Assembly: GCF_000150275.1 (NCBI RefSeq) | Contig: NW_002060949.1 | Coordinates: 4,284,449 to 4,348,448 of the forward strand | Length of the DNA: 64,000 nucleotides | Direction: 5' to 3' | From: Trichoplax adhaerens | Lineage: Eukaryota > Animalia > Placozoa | Shown here: positions 1-19,124 of the stretch, one piece after another | How the letters are laid out: each line of letters begins with the position of its first letter | How positions within the stretch are numbered: the first letter of the stretch is position 1 | Made by a program: the position numbers and the translations under genes | The notes under the pieces: model-generated | The model's input: the letters and a program-made list of their open reading frames with translations, nothing else | What the model was told of the DNA's origin: nothing | The model's database searches: none

Positions 1-567
1 AATATAATCAATTTACCTAGTTCTACTTACAAGGCTACGTGTGAAGATTATTCTTGCCTGAATTTGCTTTAAGAAAGTGAAAAATGCTACCAAAAATTCA
101 TTAATTGAAACATTCCGTCAGAAATCTAGGCTAATTCATTATCAGAATTGTAGTGATTGAGCTTATATACTCTAGCTAGGTCTTATAAATCGTAATATTT
201 AAATTTATACTTCATATTCACCAGCTATCTGATATCCGAATATTATTTATTTGATGATCTGCGTATACTATAAGATTGTAGGAAAGGTAATATACTCGTA
301 CGCGTATGTGTAAATGTTTTTTATTCCTGGAGTTAAATGAGCGAATGTAAGGTTACGATTGAAATTGCTGTATTTATTTTTAGACATTATAAGATTATTT
401 TTTTATCACAGCAATTGAATCCGTTAATCGGATAAATTATTTGAGGGTCCTAATTCAAAGTTTTATTATTAAAGATGGTTAGATACCTATGTTACACGGT
501 ACGTGTTATAAGAATTTAGAGAGTCTTAATACACTAAAAACAAGTGTTGCTTTTAAGCAATTTCTGA

Positions 568-3500
568 TTAATCATCTAATTCAAAGATTAAATTATTCTT
601 AAATTTTGAAGATAAATCCTTAGTAATCCGAATACTGGTTTTAGCTTGAGATAAGTCTAAATTTGTTTTAGCTTGCTGATTTTGAGAGTTGTCATCATTA
701 TCTAGAACTTTATTTACAATTTCATTATCATCTGCACTGGTAAGCGAAGGAATATCTTCAACAGGAGATATTAATACTTTCGTATCCGGACTAGTCTTAG
801 TTGCATCGTTATTACGGATATCTACCGATGTTTCGATAGATTTTAAATCGTCTATTGATGAAATTGAGTCATCTTTTGGGGTGGCTTTCACAGCAGAACT
901 GCTCGTTATAAGGTTTTCTGAAGTAGCAAGTGTTATTTTCTCCTCACTTTTGTTTGCATTACTAATTTCTTGTTCGTTTTTATAAGATTTTTGATCACCG
1001 TTGTGGTCAACAGAGGATTTGGTAACGTCTTTTTCGTAAGAATCAGTCATACTGCTTTTAACTTTTTCCACATCAATATTGACTACCAATTGTTCCGAAG
1101 TTTTCTCAGCGACTTCTGCTGCCACTTTATAGTCACTACCGTTGGCCTGATAAAGTAAAATATAGAAATTTTTATATCAAGCTTCAGCCATAATCGAAAT
1201 GACAAGCGCAATATGAGATGTAATATTATCGCACAGCTTTTTAGTCAAGATGAACTAGGGAAAGAAAAGCAATTCGCGGCATATGCCGTAAACTTACCCA
1301 GTTATCATTTTCATTCTCTTGTGATAACATTTCAATATTTTCTGGAGTTATAAAAAATTTTTCCTACGCGAGATCAGAATAATTTTACTATTATACAATG
1401 CACTGTTCAATATATATGCCATTAAGGTATCTATTGAATCTCTATGTATAGCAAATAAGTTACCTCTAATTCACAGGGTGATATCCCTGCCATAAATTTT
1501 GACCACTGATATTTATAACTACTATCCTTAATTAACTTAACAACTAGATTGTAGGGCTTTATATCAATATTGCAACTATTAATGTTGAAACACCCATCAA
1601 TAAATTCAGTGTATAGAGAAAAATGCTTGATTTCTCTTTCAGTTGTATTAGTTGCTTCTGTAGCCGAAAATTCTAATGAGAACTAAATAGATAGCGACGA
1701 TATTAATAAGTAACATATATATGAACATGTAAGAAGTGAATACGGTGATGAAAGAAGCTACCTGTCGTTCTAAAAATTTGGATTTCATTGTAGATGAATC
1801 AATATCTTGCACATGAATTACAAAGACAACTTCATCGTCAGTTTGAGAATATGTATATTGTGGGCTATTAACTTCATCTGGTAAACGAAAATAATCTTCA
1901 TTAGTAAGTCCATTCAAAGCTAGTAAGAAAGAATAACTAGCATACTTTTGATTGGTTTACTTTCCGATGAGTCTTGAATCTGTAATGCAACGGAAGACAA
2001 TGCTAACGTTTTAGCAATATACTGTATATTAGCCGGTAATGTCATCGTTGTAATTAATTTACCGTTACTGGATTATTTGTTTCTTTGCTCGGTAAGACGG
2101 GTAAGGTTACAATAAGACACTTTTTCAATGTATCAAACTTTGCACTGCCATTATCAGTATCAACTGGATAAGGAAGCGCAGCACTAAGATTATAGTTTGG
2201 ATCTTTATGTTGCAGCGTTATATAGGTCTCGAAGACATCGAGATCTAATCCAGTTGCTGAATCCTATTAAATGCATAATTTGATACATATTATTGTCGAT
2301 CATAATTCCTAATATCCACGGATATTGCTGCAGTATGATTACAGAGTTCGTAAAACATACTAGTAATGGTAACTCAATGGAAACAGAAAGTTCATTTGGT
2401 CGTGTGCTTGGAGCAGAATCCCTAAAAAATTCGTAACTTGGTTTAATGAGTCGCTACAAAATTATTCCTAAAATGGTTGATAATTGTATTAAAGAAATGG
2501 TAAATTCTACCTAGAGTCACGATAATCTTTCAAATCAAAATTACTGCGTTGAACAATTGTATATTTAGGGGCAGTAGGGTCTTGCTTAGATTTGCTATTA
2601 TCCTTAGCTTGGTGTTTTCTTTGTTCTTGCCTTTCCTTCAGTTCGTCCACAGCTTTATAAGGATTAGGAAATTTTATTGGACTATCTTGATCATCAGGTG
2701 GTGTACGGTGTCTATTTAGATATGAAAAAGATGCATACTGAGCAAAAAATTATTATTAGGCTGTATCATTAATTATAATTATCAAAGCGAATTCAGGATT
2801 AGTGAAATGTATAGAATACTTCATTGGTGAGAATTGCTATACATGCCTCTTTTGATTTATTCCTTATGACAGTGGGTGAAGGGACTCCCTTGTAAGCTAA
2901 TTTTGGAAATTTTAAGTCTAGAATATATTTAATTTTAGAAATTAGTTATAACGACTCACGCACGTGCTATTTCATTAACATTTGTCCTGTGCCTTACTTT
3001 TTCTATCTAGCTTTTTTTTGAATTCTCTCTCAATACCATCTAGAGCCGTATCGATCAGAAGCTGCTTCAGTCTTTGATCCTACAGTACGTAACAACCTTT
3101 CGTGAATAGACCAGGCATAAAGATCTAATTCACAAAATGATGATAGAACTTACATTTTGAGATTTTTCATAAATCTCCTGATGGAAGACTGCGTCACAGA
3201 CATCACAGCTATTGTGCGCTGTTAGCAAAGATATTAGAAAGTTATCGTACTTTCATTTTTCTGGTATGTGGAAATAAACATAACATCGATGCTGTTTTGA
3301 ATTTAAAGTGTTTTAGTTATACCTTTATCTAAATCTTCTCGAATGGGCGCTAAACTATATGGGATTGACCATTGTTGACCAGGTCTAAATTATGCATAAT
3401 TGATTATATAATAAAATAAAATTTATAGAATAGTGTAGAAATAGATATTAAATCAGGGCTAATAACTTGTGATAGACTACCTTTTGGATCCGTCTGGAGA

Positions 3501-4372
3501 AACTTTTTTTGAAGTTGCTGTAGCTTTTGCAACTGCATCTGACCAAGCAATATTAATTAATACCTTTTTCTTCGTGTCTTTATAAGCTGTCTTGACAACA
3601 AATCCAGGCTATAATGATGAACGAAAGGATTAGTGAGTATATAGCCTAGTATTATCATTGCCTAATTAGCGATGAGTTGATATATACATGCGTGACATTA
3701 ATCTTCATACATTTACCATGATATCATTAATCATTTATTTAATAATAATTTGTAACATAATTAACACGGGTGTTTACAGTACGCACTTTAGGATGGAGAA
3801 ATTTAACATCGACTCCTCGTTCCATTTCCATCATGGCAATTTCCTCTTCATATTTCTATAGGTAATAATTGATAAATGCTTTAAAATTATTCAGGCAATG
3901 TATCTCATGTAACGATGATGGAGGTATAAACATGGACTTGCGTCACAACAACCTAGGTTATTTAATTTGTTGGTGTTTATGTCATGCTGTATTCGACTGT
4001 ACTGCTCAACATAAGAATAGCACAGAAGAGAGCTGCTAGTTATGCAATATTGTATCTGCATACAGTATATAGTCCTACCTTTCTATTTTCTGGATCCGAT
4101 ATCTCTTTTGCGTAATCAAAAAACATCTTACGAAATTCTTCATTTTCGAACGCTTTCTTGAATCGATCCGATTCCTAGAATCAATGAAGTTGTTTTGTAG
4201 TTTCCAATAGCAACGATTACTTTTACAAGATATTTTTGCATTGCTAAATTTATATCGTATCACTGTGTAACGTAGACATCCTTATTTTGCAATATTCGAT
4301 ATAATCATATAATAATTAGTCAAATTTTACATCTTTCGTCAGTTTTAAATCGCTTTTCTTATCAGCAGCCAT
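568..4372 (-). CDS. DNAAF2: Dynein axonemal assembly factor 2 (kintoun/PF13), PIH1-domain protein, multi-exon
   Basis: Exon 1 MAADKKSDLKLTKD (ATG 4372) is followed by exon ESDRFKKAFENEEFRKMFFDYAKEISDPENRK, matching the kintoun N-terminus. Later exons include WSIPYSL, a CS-like region (YTYSQTDDEVVFVIHV), an acidic low-complexity last exon and the C-terminal FKNNLIFELDD typical of kintoun. Confidence 0.88.
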
Positions 4373-4439
4373 GTTTGCAGTTCAATTTACGAGCTGTTAA
4401 CGCGTTTAGAATTTTGAAATGGAGCGAAAGGAATATTCG

Positions 4440-4700
4440 TACAGTACTGTACAGTACAGTCAGTACTTACAATTACTACAGTACAGTATACTGTACAATA
4501 CTGTACTGTACACTGTACAAACAGTACTGTACACTGTACATACAGTACTGTAGTCAGTAATTTAGGCATATGACATTATTTATGCTTGTAACCTATACAA
4601 AGCAATGTATATCATTTATGATTCGTGTCGTACAGTATCTAGCCATAACGAAGCTACAGTACTGTACTACTGAACTGTACTGTGCTGTCCCGTACGCGTA
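4440..4700. repeat. TACAGTA/TACTGTA array in the DNAAF2-WASHC5 divergent promoter
   Basis: Many interleaved CAGTA/TACTG/TGTACA units. Confidence 0.85.
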
Positions 4701-4847
4701 TAAAGCTCCATAGAAAAAGACTACAGGACATTGTGCCATCGCTAGCGTGTACAGTGATTGAAACTATAGACTGTACCGGATCCGCATGAATGCGGGTTTT
4801 AAGGGCATGATCATTAGGTAATCCAGTAGTAAATCACATGACCTAAC

Positions 4848-7800
4848 ATGGCAGACTTCCTAGCTGAAAATAATTCTTGCGGTCAAACTTTGTTAAAGCT
4901 TGTCAGTCGTGGCAATGCAATTATTGCCGAGTTATTGCGACTATCAGATTTTGTACCTGCAGTATTTAAATTAGAAACTAGAGAAGAGAGAGAGAGATAT
5001 GGCGATATAATTATTGATTTTTCCTATTTTAAGACCTCAGAATATGTCGAAAAGAAAATTGAGAATTCACCTGTAAGTACGCAGAAATGATTGATGATGC
5101 AGTATTGTATACGTATACAGCATACATGTATATATGTATACATATATTATAGTTAGGGCTTGGGATAGCTGATGAACTGTTTTATCATTATCCAATTCTA
5201 AATCGTTAAGATTGTTGTCACTTGGTCAATCCTTCTAGAAAGTAGAATATGATACACTACCATAGCGTAATTAGGACAGTAAAACATGCACGACTATCAT
5301 GGCATAACCCTAGTTTACTTATAGCTGACAGGTCCTAATATTGTAATTTAAAGTCTACAGGTAGAATAATTATACAGTAATAGCCAAAATACTATACTAG
5401 TCAGATAGATATTAATGACTGTCATGATTAATTTTACAGGAACTACAAGATTTCGATGAAGCTTTCCGGGATAATAACTTGGAAATTTTAACTAGATTTT
5501 ATTTAGCGTTTGAAAGTGTGCACAAATATGTTACCGACTTAAAAAGGTATGTTGCATCCTACTGGTTTTGACTGTGCATGACGTGAATGAAAAGAAAGTA
5601 CTGAATTATCTGTTGCATCGTAATAAACGGAAAATGACTGCAATAGAAAATGAATGATCTTGTGAATAAAGTAATCTTATAATTTTTAGTAAATTGATAC
5701 TGTTTCTGATATTGTATAGCTATTTGGAAGATCTAAATGAGGGAATATTTATTCAGCAAACGCTAGAAAGTGTCTTATTAAATATCGATGGCAAACAATT
5801 AATGGTAAGTTAATTTCTTAGGTTAACTCTTGTTATAATAGATACTGAATTGGCCTTACGTGATCTATTGGATGATTGCTTTCTTAGTGTGAAGCGTTAT
5901 ATCTCTATGGTGTTATGTTGCTAACCATCGATTGGAAATTCGACGGTACTGTTCGAGAAAGGTTGCTTGTATCATATTACCGATACTGGTAAGGCCGTTA
6001 AATGTTTCATTTTTGCTAATTTATTCAATCACGTTAAAACTGTATGGCTAGAACATGCAGCAATTGACAACAAAATCTTGCGTAATTTACTCAATTATAG
6101 CGCCGCTAAAGATGCTGCTGAATCCAATATTGATGATGTCTGTAAGTTACTACGTAGTACTGGTTACTCACGTGCGCCTGGAGCTAAACGACCATCGAAG
6201 TATCCAGAAGAATATTTTAGGTCTGATAGAATACTTCTTTCCATCAATGTACCCATTATACAGTATTTAGATGAGTAATCCATAACAAACAGCTTTGCAA
6301 CCTGTATTTAGGCGTGTACCTGTACCGAATGAGTTATCGAAAATGTTAATAGGAAGATTACGATCAGATGATATTTATAATCAGGTAAATTAGAGCCAGA
6401 ATTTTTGTTGCCTCTTTTTTAGTAGTGAACAATTTTATCGATGGTATGTTGATTTCATCTGGCACAGCGATCTAACGTAGTTATTCCTATCAATAAAATG
6501 ATAATCTATGAGCTCATGCATCATTTATGACATTACAGATTACTTCATACCCGATACCTGAACATCGCAGTACTGCATTAGCAAATCAAGCGCGTATGTT
6601 GTACGTTATCTTATATTTTGCTCCAGAAATGTTACATAACGAAAGCGCAAAGATGAGAGAGATAGTGGATAAACACTTTCCTGATAATTGGGTAAAATAA
6701 TACTGGATATACTTTCTATGAAATACCATGGCTTTACGGTGTTTTCTTGGCCATTTACTTAACCCGATTATTATTATACGTATATTCTTCTTTCCAATAC
6801 CTTTAGGTAATAAATGTCTATATGGGACATTTAGTAAATCTAGTAGAAGCTTGGGAACCTTATAAAGCTGCAAAAACTGCTCTTAGCAACACCATAGCAC
6901 AGACAAATCTAAGAGAATTTGTAAGAAAATGCTAACCTTAAAATTAGCGCTGATTTTTTGATTACTAGTTCCACAATCAATAATATTAGTCTTTAAAATT
7001 GAAGCAGCTAGTCTTACAATTATTATTTATATATTTCTAGGCTGTAAAGTTTGGTAAAAGTGTTCGTTCCTTAGATTCATCGGTGCGTAATTATAATAGA
7101 TTAGGTTGCGCCTTTTATTGTTGGCCTGCGGTATAATGCAATTGTGCTAATGTAAATTGTAAAGAATTACACTGAATTTACCAGAATTATACTTTATGTT
7201 GTAAAATCTAAAAGTGTATTTTAATTTAATTTAAGGTTCTTAAACTTTTAAAAGAAGGTGCATTAACTGAAGATTATGTTTTGGATAATATTCCAAAATT
7301 AATGCACCTTATACGTGAGTGTAACGTTACTCTACGCTGGATAATGTTACACATTACTGATGTCGGTATGTAATTATTATAATAGTTACTAATTTACTTT
7401 GATAATTGCTTAGCGAATGTAATATATGATTGCATTTATTCGCCTTGTGCCAGTGCTGTATGTTTCATAATGATTGTCATTCTTACCATTCTATTCCAAA
7501 TCAGGTGCAGATAATATTAAGAAATGTCGTCAGTTACGTGAAGCTGTTATAGTTGGATCTGAATTTAGCCCTAAATCTCTGTTTGACCTGTTAATTGACA
7601 CTTCACAGCTCGAATTTGTTATTAAAGAGGTCAGAGAATAATGGGATGCAGTATTTCATTTAGCCAGAAACGAGAAACTATACATTATTCTTGTTAATTC
7701 TTCGTACATACAATTAATTGCAGATGTTTAGGAATATGCTTTCCAAGAAAGAAAGTGAATGGGAATCGAGTAAAAAGGAAAGTTCTGAAAGAATGGAAGA

Positions 7801-10800
7801 GCTTGGCGAAGTTTTTTCTGGTAGTAAACCTTTGGCTCGGATAGAAAAAAATGGTTAGATGATTTTCGATTTTTAGACATTGTTTCACGTATACAGTTGT
7901 CATGTTGATTAATGGCATACTTTTATATATCGCGGTGTACAAACTAATTATAGCTAGCCTACAGGCTTGGTTTACAGAAATGAAAAATCAGATTAATTTA
8001 CTGAACTATGATGATTCCACATCTGCTGGTAGAAAGATCGTTCAACTAATACAGGCCCTGGAAGAAGTATGATTAAAAGACTTTAAAATATTTTAATAAC
8101 CATTCCATTGTTAATATTTTCGATGTCTAAAATAGTATCATCGAAAATTTTGGCAATTTATAGGTCCAAGAATTTCATCAACTAGAAACGAATTTGCAGG
8201 TCAAGCAATTCTTAGCGGAGACTGGGGGTTATCTGCGCAAGATGCTTAGAATAATAAATATTAAGGAAGAGGTACTGACAAGTTAGCGTAAGAAATTTTT
8301 GAAATTGTTTTTTATCCCCTTATCCCCTTATGTGCTTGCTACTAACTGAATGTCGTAAAAACTTCAGAACCTGATCAGTTTAGATATTGTAGCGGATATG
8401 TCATACGCATGGGAGATAATTGACAAGTATGTTTGTTCTTTTTTACTAATTGTAGATATTGTGTTAAATGTTATTTATCTATTCTATCCAAATAAGCTGC
8501 AAGAGATCTTTAATTAGGAATTTGTTGAATCTTTTAGCTTTACCGAACTAATGCAAAAAGGTATAAGAAAAGATCCTAGCTTGGTAACTAAACTAAGGGC
8601 TACTTTCTTGAAGGTTAGTAGGATATAATCCTTTGAAATGATTACAGTAACTGACCATGTATGCTGAACTTAACCGTTAATGTTATTAAACTATGATCTA
8701 TAACTTTAAATAGGCTGCGTCAGCTTTAGAATTACCTTTAGTTAGAATTGGCCAATGTAATAGTCCTGATCTTAGGAGTGTCTCGCAATATTATTCAGCT
8801 GAGCTTGTATCTTATGTTAGAAAGGTAATTCATATGCTGTCAAAGATGTAAATTTAATCTATGATCAACTGGTTCTGTCAAAACTCAAGAAATTATTATA
8901 TTACAGGTGTTGCAAATTATACCTCAGACAATGTTTGCATTACTTGGAGAGATTGTGAAATTGCAAACTATGAACCTAAAGCCGGTAGTCTTTTTAGATG
9001 AAACTAACAAACATTGTATTCGTACATATTATGCAAGCATTAATATACATTTTTGTTTAACTATCGCAATCAGCTTCCTACTCGTCTCGATAAGGATAAA
9101 TTGAAAGAGTTTGCTCAACTAGAGCAGCGACAGAAGGTATTGCATACAATACAAAACTATACATGATTTATACCGTATTGTAGTATTTCCGAGTTTAGGC
9201 TGGTTCATTATAACATCAATGGAAAAGTTATCCACTTCTTCAAAATGAACTTCTCACTCTTTGGTTATTTAGGTAGCTAAGTTGACACATTCAATATCTA
9301 TCTACACGGAAGGAATCTTGTTAATGAAGACAACTTTAGTCGGTATTATCAAGGTAGTAAAACTTGCTTTAGTAATCCATTTTTTGTATTTGACCGAAAA
9401 TATAGTAGATATTTAGATTATCCTTTTCGATCATTAAATTTGAGGTCGATCCTAAGCAACTACTTGAGGATGGAATTCGGAAAGAGTTAGTACTACGGGT
9501 TGCCTTTGCGTTACACAAAGGCTTAATGTTTAATCCAAAATCAAAGGTACTGTCATTATATCTATGAAGAATGATTTTCCTTCCCATAGCTAACTACGAG
9601 TATAACTTATTGAGTGCCTTGATTCAACCAGGCACATGAGCTACTACACTGTCTCAAATCTTTACAAGCAATTATGGATGGATTTAAGAGATCGTTCGAG
9701 TATATCCAGGATTATGTAAATATATATGGATTAAAGATATGGCAAGAAGAGGTTACTATGAATATATTATATCTAGGTTGAGGCATTGGCTTCTTATCGC
9801 TTTCTAATGTATGTTGTAGGTCACTAGGATTATCAATTATAATATTGAACAAGAATGTAACAGTTTTTTAAGAAAGAAGATAGAAGATTGGCAGTCAATT
9901 TATCAATCAACCGCTATACCAATTCCACGTTATCCACCAATGGGGGACGGTTCCGTAAACTTTATCGGCAGGCTAGCGAGAGAAATATTAAAATTTACTG
10001 ATTACAGGTAAGGACTATATACTACGTCGTATGTATCTTTAATGAAGACGTTAATGAGTTTTAAATTTTTAACATTACTTTTAGAACTAGCTCTTACATC
10101 AACCAAATGAATGCATGGTACGACGTGAAAACAAAGGAAGAACTAGTTAATATTAAATTATTTTCACAATTACAGGTACTATTGTACGGAACGTATTATA
10201 TTCAGGTCATTTGTGCTATAGTATATCACAGATATGACTATTTACAGTAAGTGCTCCTAACTGTTTAAAATTTATCCACCTAAGGTTAGTCTGGGTACTT
10301 GTGGACTAACAGGACTTGATCGACTATTGTGCTTCATGATTGTAAAGGAATTACAGGTGTTCTGATTTAATTTGAAATTTAAAGGGTAAATAAAATTTGC
10401 TTACTAATTAGGAATTGTTTGATAAACTGGATCGATACAGAATTTCAAAGTTTTCCACGTTAAAAGAGCAATGAAAGATGGAATGTTTTGTACTATGTTG
10501 AACTCTTTGAACCAACAAATACAACCAACAACAAAATTAGTTGGTAATTATCTCTTTACATCTATTTACTCATAATGCCAGAAGCCTTAATATAATATTT
10601 CATTTTAAGGTAATGCGTCAAAAATTTATTCTCTTTTCATCGCTAAAATCGAGAAAAAATGGCCTTTATATTCCGCAATCATTTTAAGGGTGAATATAAC
10701 AATAATTGGCATAATGAATATTAGATTAGAGTAATGGCTATGTTTATTGAACTTTTAATGGGAGTAATCATGGTATTTAAACGGTTACAGGTTGGACAAA

Positions 10801-11948
10801 TGCAATTGATTCGCTGTCAAATCCTCCGGGAACTTAATTTTTCTTGTAAATTCGACTCTAAGATGTTATCTGGTTGCTTAGAGACTTTCAACAAGTATGC
10901 TTTAGCTAAATTAAAACATAGTTGAACCATCGATATAACTGTTACTATAATAATAACAATCAATGTAGAGCGATCCTAATGGATATACAGAAACATTATT
11001 CCGATCCGAATTTACCCTATCCCGGTGAAGATAATCCATTGTTGTTCGAATTAACAACATACTTAGAAACTGCTGGAATTGCTAATCCTCTTAAGAAGGT
11101 AAACTTTGACTATCAAATTCGAAAAATGAGGTTAGATCTTGATTACGAGTGTTTCAAATTAGCGCTTAGAATATTTTTTCTTTCAAGATTTATGTCACCA
11201 TGAACAACATCCCACATTTATCACTCTTCATTTTCTCCTTCGTGCTGGCTCAGCTGCCTAAGTTAACTTTTGTTAAAAGTGCTGGTATGTGCTTTTTGTT
11301 TATTTAGCCCGTATTCCATCTTTCAAATCTGAAAATTGTAATATGTTTCAACATTTCCTCTTTTAATATATTACATTTCACTTTTGCAGGTGGTCTCTTT
11401 TGCAAGAAAGTAAATGATCCTTGTGACGGCGCCCCATTTGTTGCAGGAATTGTGACATTACTGCAGCAATTTCATACGAAAAATACTGATGTATTTTTAC
11501 AACTTATCGCTCAATACTTACGATCAGTAATGGATTCTTCTAGTTCCACGTAATAATTACATCCTTGTGCTATGTGTATATTTTAGCTGAAATCTCATTG
11601 AACTATTGTTATTAAATAACTGCTATGATCTAATTGCAGGACCAAAAGTAGCGATTTATCTCCTGATGTTACGAACTGTTTTGTATTCTTGGATAATTTC
11701 ATACACTATGCTAACATTCCTCGAAAGGTTTGTATAAAACAATCGATAGATCAAATTCTTTATAATTAGATTACCTATTTTTGTCGGTATGCTATAAACA
11801 AGCATTGCTAATGGATAACAGCGCAATCTTTGTAAGACAATATTAATTTTTTTATTGCTTGATATCATTCATATTATTTGATTAGAATATCGAAGCGATT
11901 TTCCCGGATTATGTATTCAACGAATTTTATCACTACGTTAGTAGCTAA
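4848..11948 (+). CDS. WASHC5: WASH complex subunit strumpellin, ~30 short exons
   Basis: The N-terminus [37 protein letters not shown] is a near-canonical strumpellin start. Internal exons read [26 protein letters not shown] and [13 protein letters not shown]. The last exon 11886-11948 ends in TAA. Confidence 0.96.
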
Positions 11949-12921
11949 GAAATGAACCAGCTATCATTAGTTCTCAATATAGACATTTTCGTTATTTCGA
12001 AATTTAAGTGATTCCCTTGTAACATTGCATTAATGTCATATGATTAAACGATATAGTGCATTCAATATTAAAATCTCGATTATGATATCAATAATGATGT
12101 AATTCTATAGTGTCCTAGTTGTAAATTGGTGAGTCCTGAATTTTAAAAGTAGGTTATACTAATATATAAACGTATGCTCTTCAAATAAAGACGTAATGTG
12201 TTAGATATACATGGAATAATCCGTAATTCGTTAGTTCCGGCATAAATTGGATTGTCAGTAAACAATTCTAGATTATTTACTATATCATAATACACATTTA
12301 TGGATACATTGGAAATGTACAGTCAGACAAATATCTTTGCTGACTAAACTTAATTGTATCTTATTAGTATTGTTATTTTACATCATGGCAGATGTCGGCA
12401 TAGAGCATGTAGAAATAAATTTGGTCGACATAGGAATAAATTTTTTACATAGATTCATGAATATTTCTTATTTTTATAAATAGATACAGATACCATGGAG
12501 ATTTAATTCCAATAAAATACGGATAAAATTGCGTCAGTTATAACATTTTCTTTTCCTATCCTTTTTTATTAAGGAGGGGTTTATACCATTGTAACCGATC
12601 ACTTTGATAGCGAAAGTTAATATGAATCCATAACGTAAGCTTAATTAATCATGACTACCCTCAATCTAGGCTTGCATATACGATCAATTTTAGAGTAGAT
12701 GTCATTGATACAATTTCTTCCATTCAGCCCTTGCTTGTGGTATAATATAATAAAACGTACAAGTCATCAAGTGATATATATGAGCATTATGACACCAGTA
12801 TGTTGTAATTTATCTCATCGTTTAAGATCAAATTTATACGTCTTCTGATCTTAGCTTGCTAGTTAAATACATAGTTTACCACATGTCAGCCATGAGATTT
12901 TATAAAATTATGATGCCCAAA

Positions 12922-13461
12922 TTATGAATGTTCCAATTCCGTTTCACTTTGTGAATAACATTGATTTATTCGCCTAAAAGGATTCGGCGGCAATCTTTCT
13001 TTCATAATGTTAGGAACGAGTAATTGATATCGAGCATTACCGTTATCACTATCGTGACTGGCTCTTCGTGATTTTTTAAAACTAGTCCATATTATAAGTG
13101 ATATTATTAATAGGAATATAACTAGCAGTATAACTAAGACCGATAGTATTTTACAAATATCAATTTTTTTCCAAGTTCTATCTTGACTTTGTTGCACTAT
13201 AACACAGCTGTGGTTGTAATATCGGTGTAGCGAAAGATCTGATGTCGGCGTTTTTATTGTTACTAAGATGACGAAAATGGCTATAAATAATAATGTGATC
13301 GCGATTAGTGCTATGATTAAGCATATATTCCTCTGAACAACTACCGTAAGAGATTTTCTATCGTCCTCATTTTCATGTGTTAGGTAGTGATAATCGTTGA
13401 TGCCGTATTTTAAAAATTTCGTCTCATCAGATAATTCTCTGTTGTCTTTTAAACCATCCAT
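12922..13461 (-). CDS. Uncharacterised single-exon protein, 179 aa, two predicted transmembrane helices
   Basis: ATG-initiated 540-nt ORF in very AT-rich DNA with two long hydrophobic segments. No recognisable family. Confidence 0.55.
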   Translation of the reverse strand: MDGLKDNRELSDETKFLKYGINDYHYLTHENEDDRKSLTVVVQRNICLIIALIAITLLFIAIFVILVTIKTPTSDLSLHRYYNHSCVIVQQSQDRTWKKIDICKILSVLVILLVIFLLIISLIIWTSFKKSRRASHDSDNGNARYQLLVPNIMKERLPPNPFRRINQCYSQSETELEHS

Positions 13462-14337
13462 TTCATAGAAGTAAGTGAATTAAAATGAATTAACTGAAAG
13501 GAGCGAATGATCTTGAACCGGTAAATGGTATCGTCTATAATTGAAATGGACAGGAGGATGCTTGCGAATAATAGAATACCGATATTTCGATCCGTTGCTG
13601 TAAATACTGTAGAAGAGTGTTAATAATTATATCTCAGAATAATAACGAATATCCCTTGAAGATAACACATTAGGATATAGACAATAACTACTGGATGATC
13701 AAAAATTGAGTTCGCAAAATGAAGCTAGCGAGAATTAAAGAACTGATCCATCACTTTACTCTGTAGTTTTCGATACCGTTACGAATAACAAAGGGTATTG
13801 TTACTTTAATATTAACTGCATGTCTGCATCGTTCAGTGATCCTGTACTAATACTCTATAAATTTATAGTTTCTTGCTTACGATTTAATCAAACAACCGTA
13901 CACAATGACCAAGGAACAAAATAAAATAATTAAAATGACAATGCCTGATAAATGGATTGTAGCCTTTTGTCTATGCACGGAGTTAAATTGTATTGGCTAT
14001 ATTAAAGAGTAGAAGGGTGAGGGGTTTGAAGTTTTAGGACAGTTAATATATAATGTTTTTTTTGCTAATCAAAGACTAATTCCATTATTAATAATATCAA
14101 AGTCGCTATATCGTACACAGCTTCACATATGGGTAACAATCTTAAATTTTATTTTTTCCCACATTAGGCATAATATAATAGAATGAATAGATCATTTGAT
14201 ACAAAACAATTTTTAGACATGTCGAAAGTAAATTGAAACACGTAAACATTGCCCTAGTGCTTTTGTAATGAAAATCAAGTATATGCCTTAATAAGAATAC
14301 GCTGAGTATTCTAAAAATCATCTTAAGACCAGATAAG

Positions 14338-14387
14338 NNNNNNNNNNNNNNNNNNNNNNNNNNNNNNNNNNNNNNNNNNNNNNNNNN
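14338..14387. other. Assembly gap (50 N)
   Basis: Run of n that interrupts the last coding exon of USP14. Confidence 1.
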
Positions 14388-18988
<4,601 letters not shown>

Positions 18989-19124
18989 CTTGATATTCTT
19001 CTTAGTTCATGAAAACTTTGCAAAATGGTGCTCTTCAATGAAAAGAATTCTATCGCGCCGATTTTTGTACTGACATCAGCAAGACAGGTGAGGCGACCCT
19101 GTTGCAGTCTTGGACCCTAGGGTT

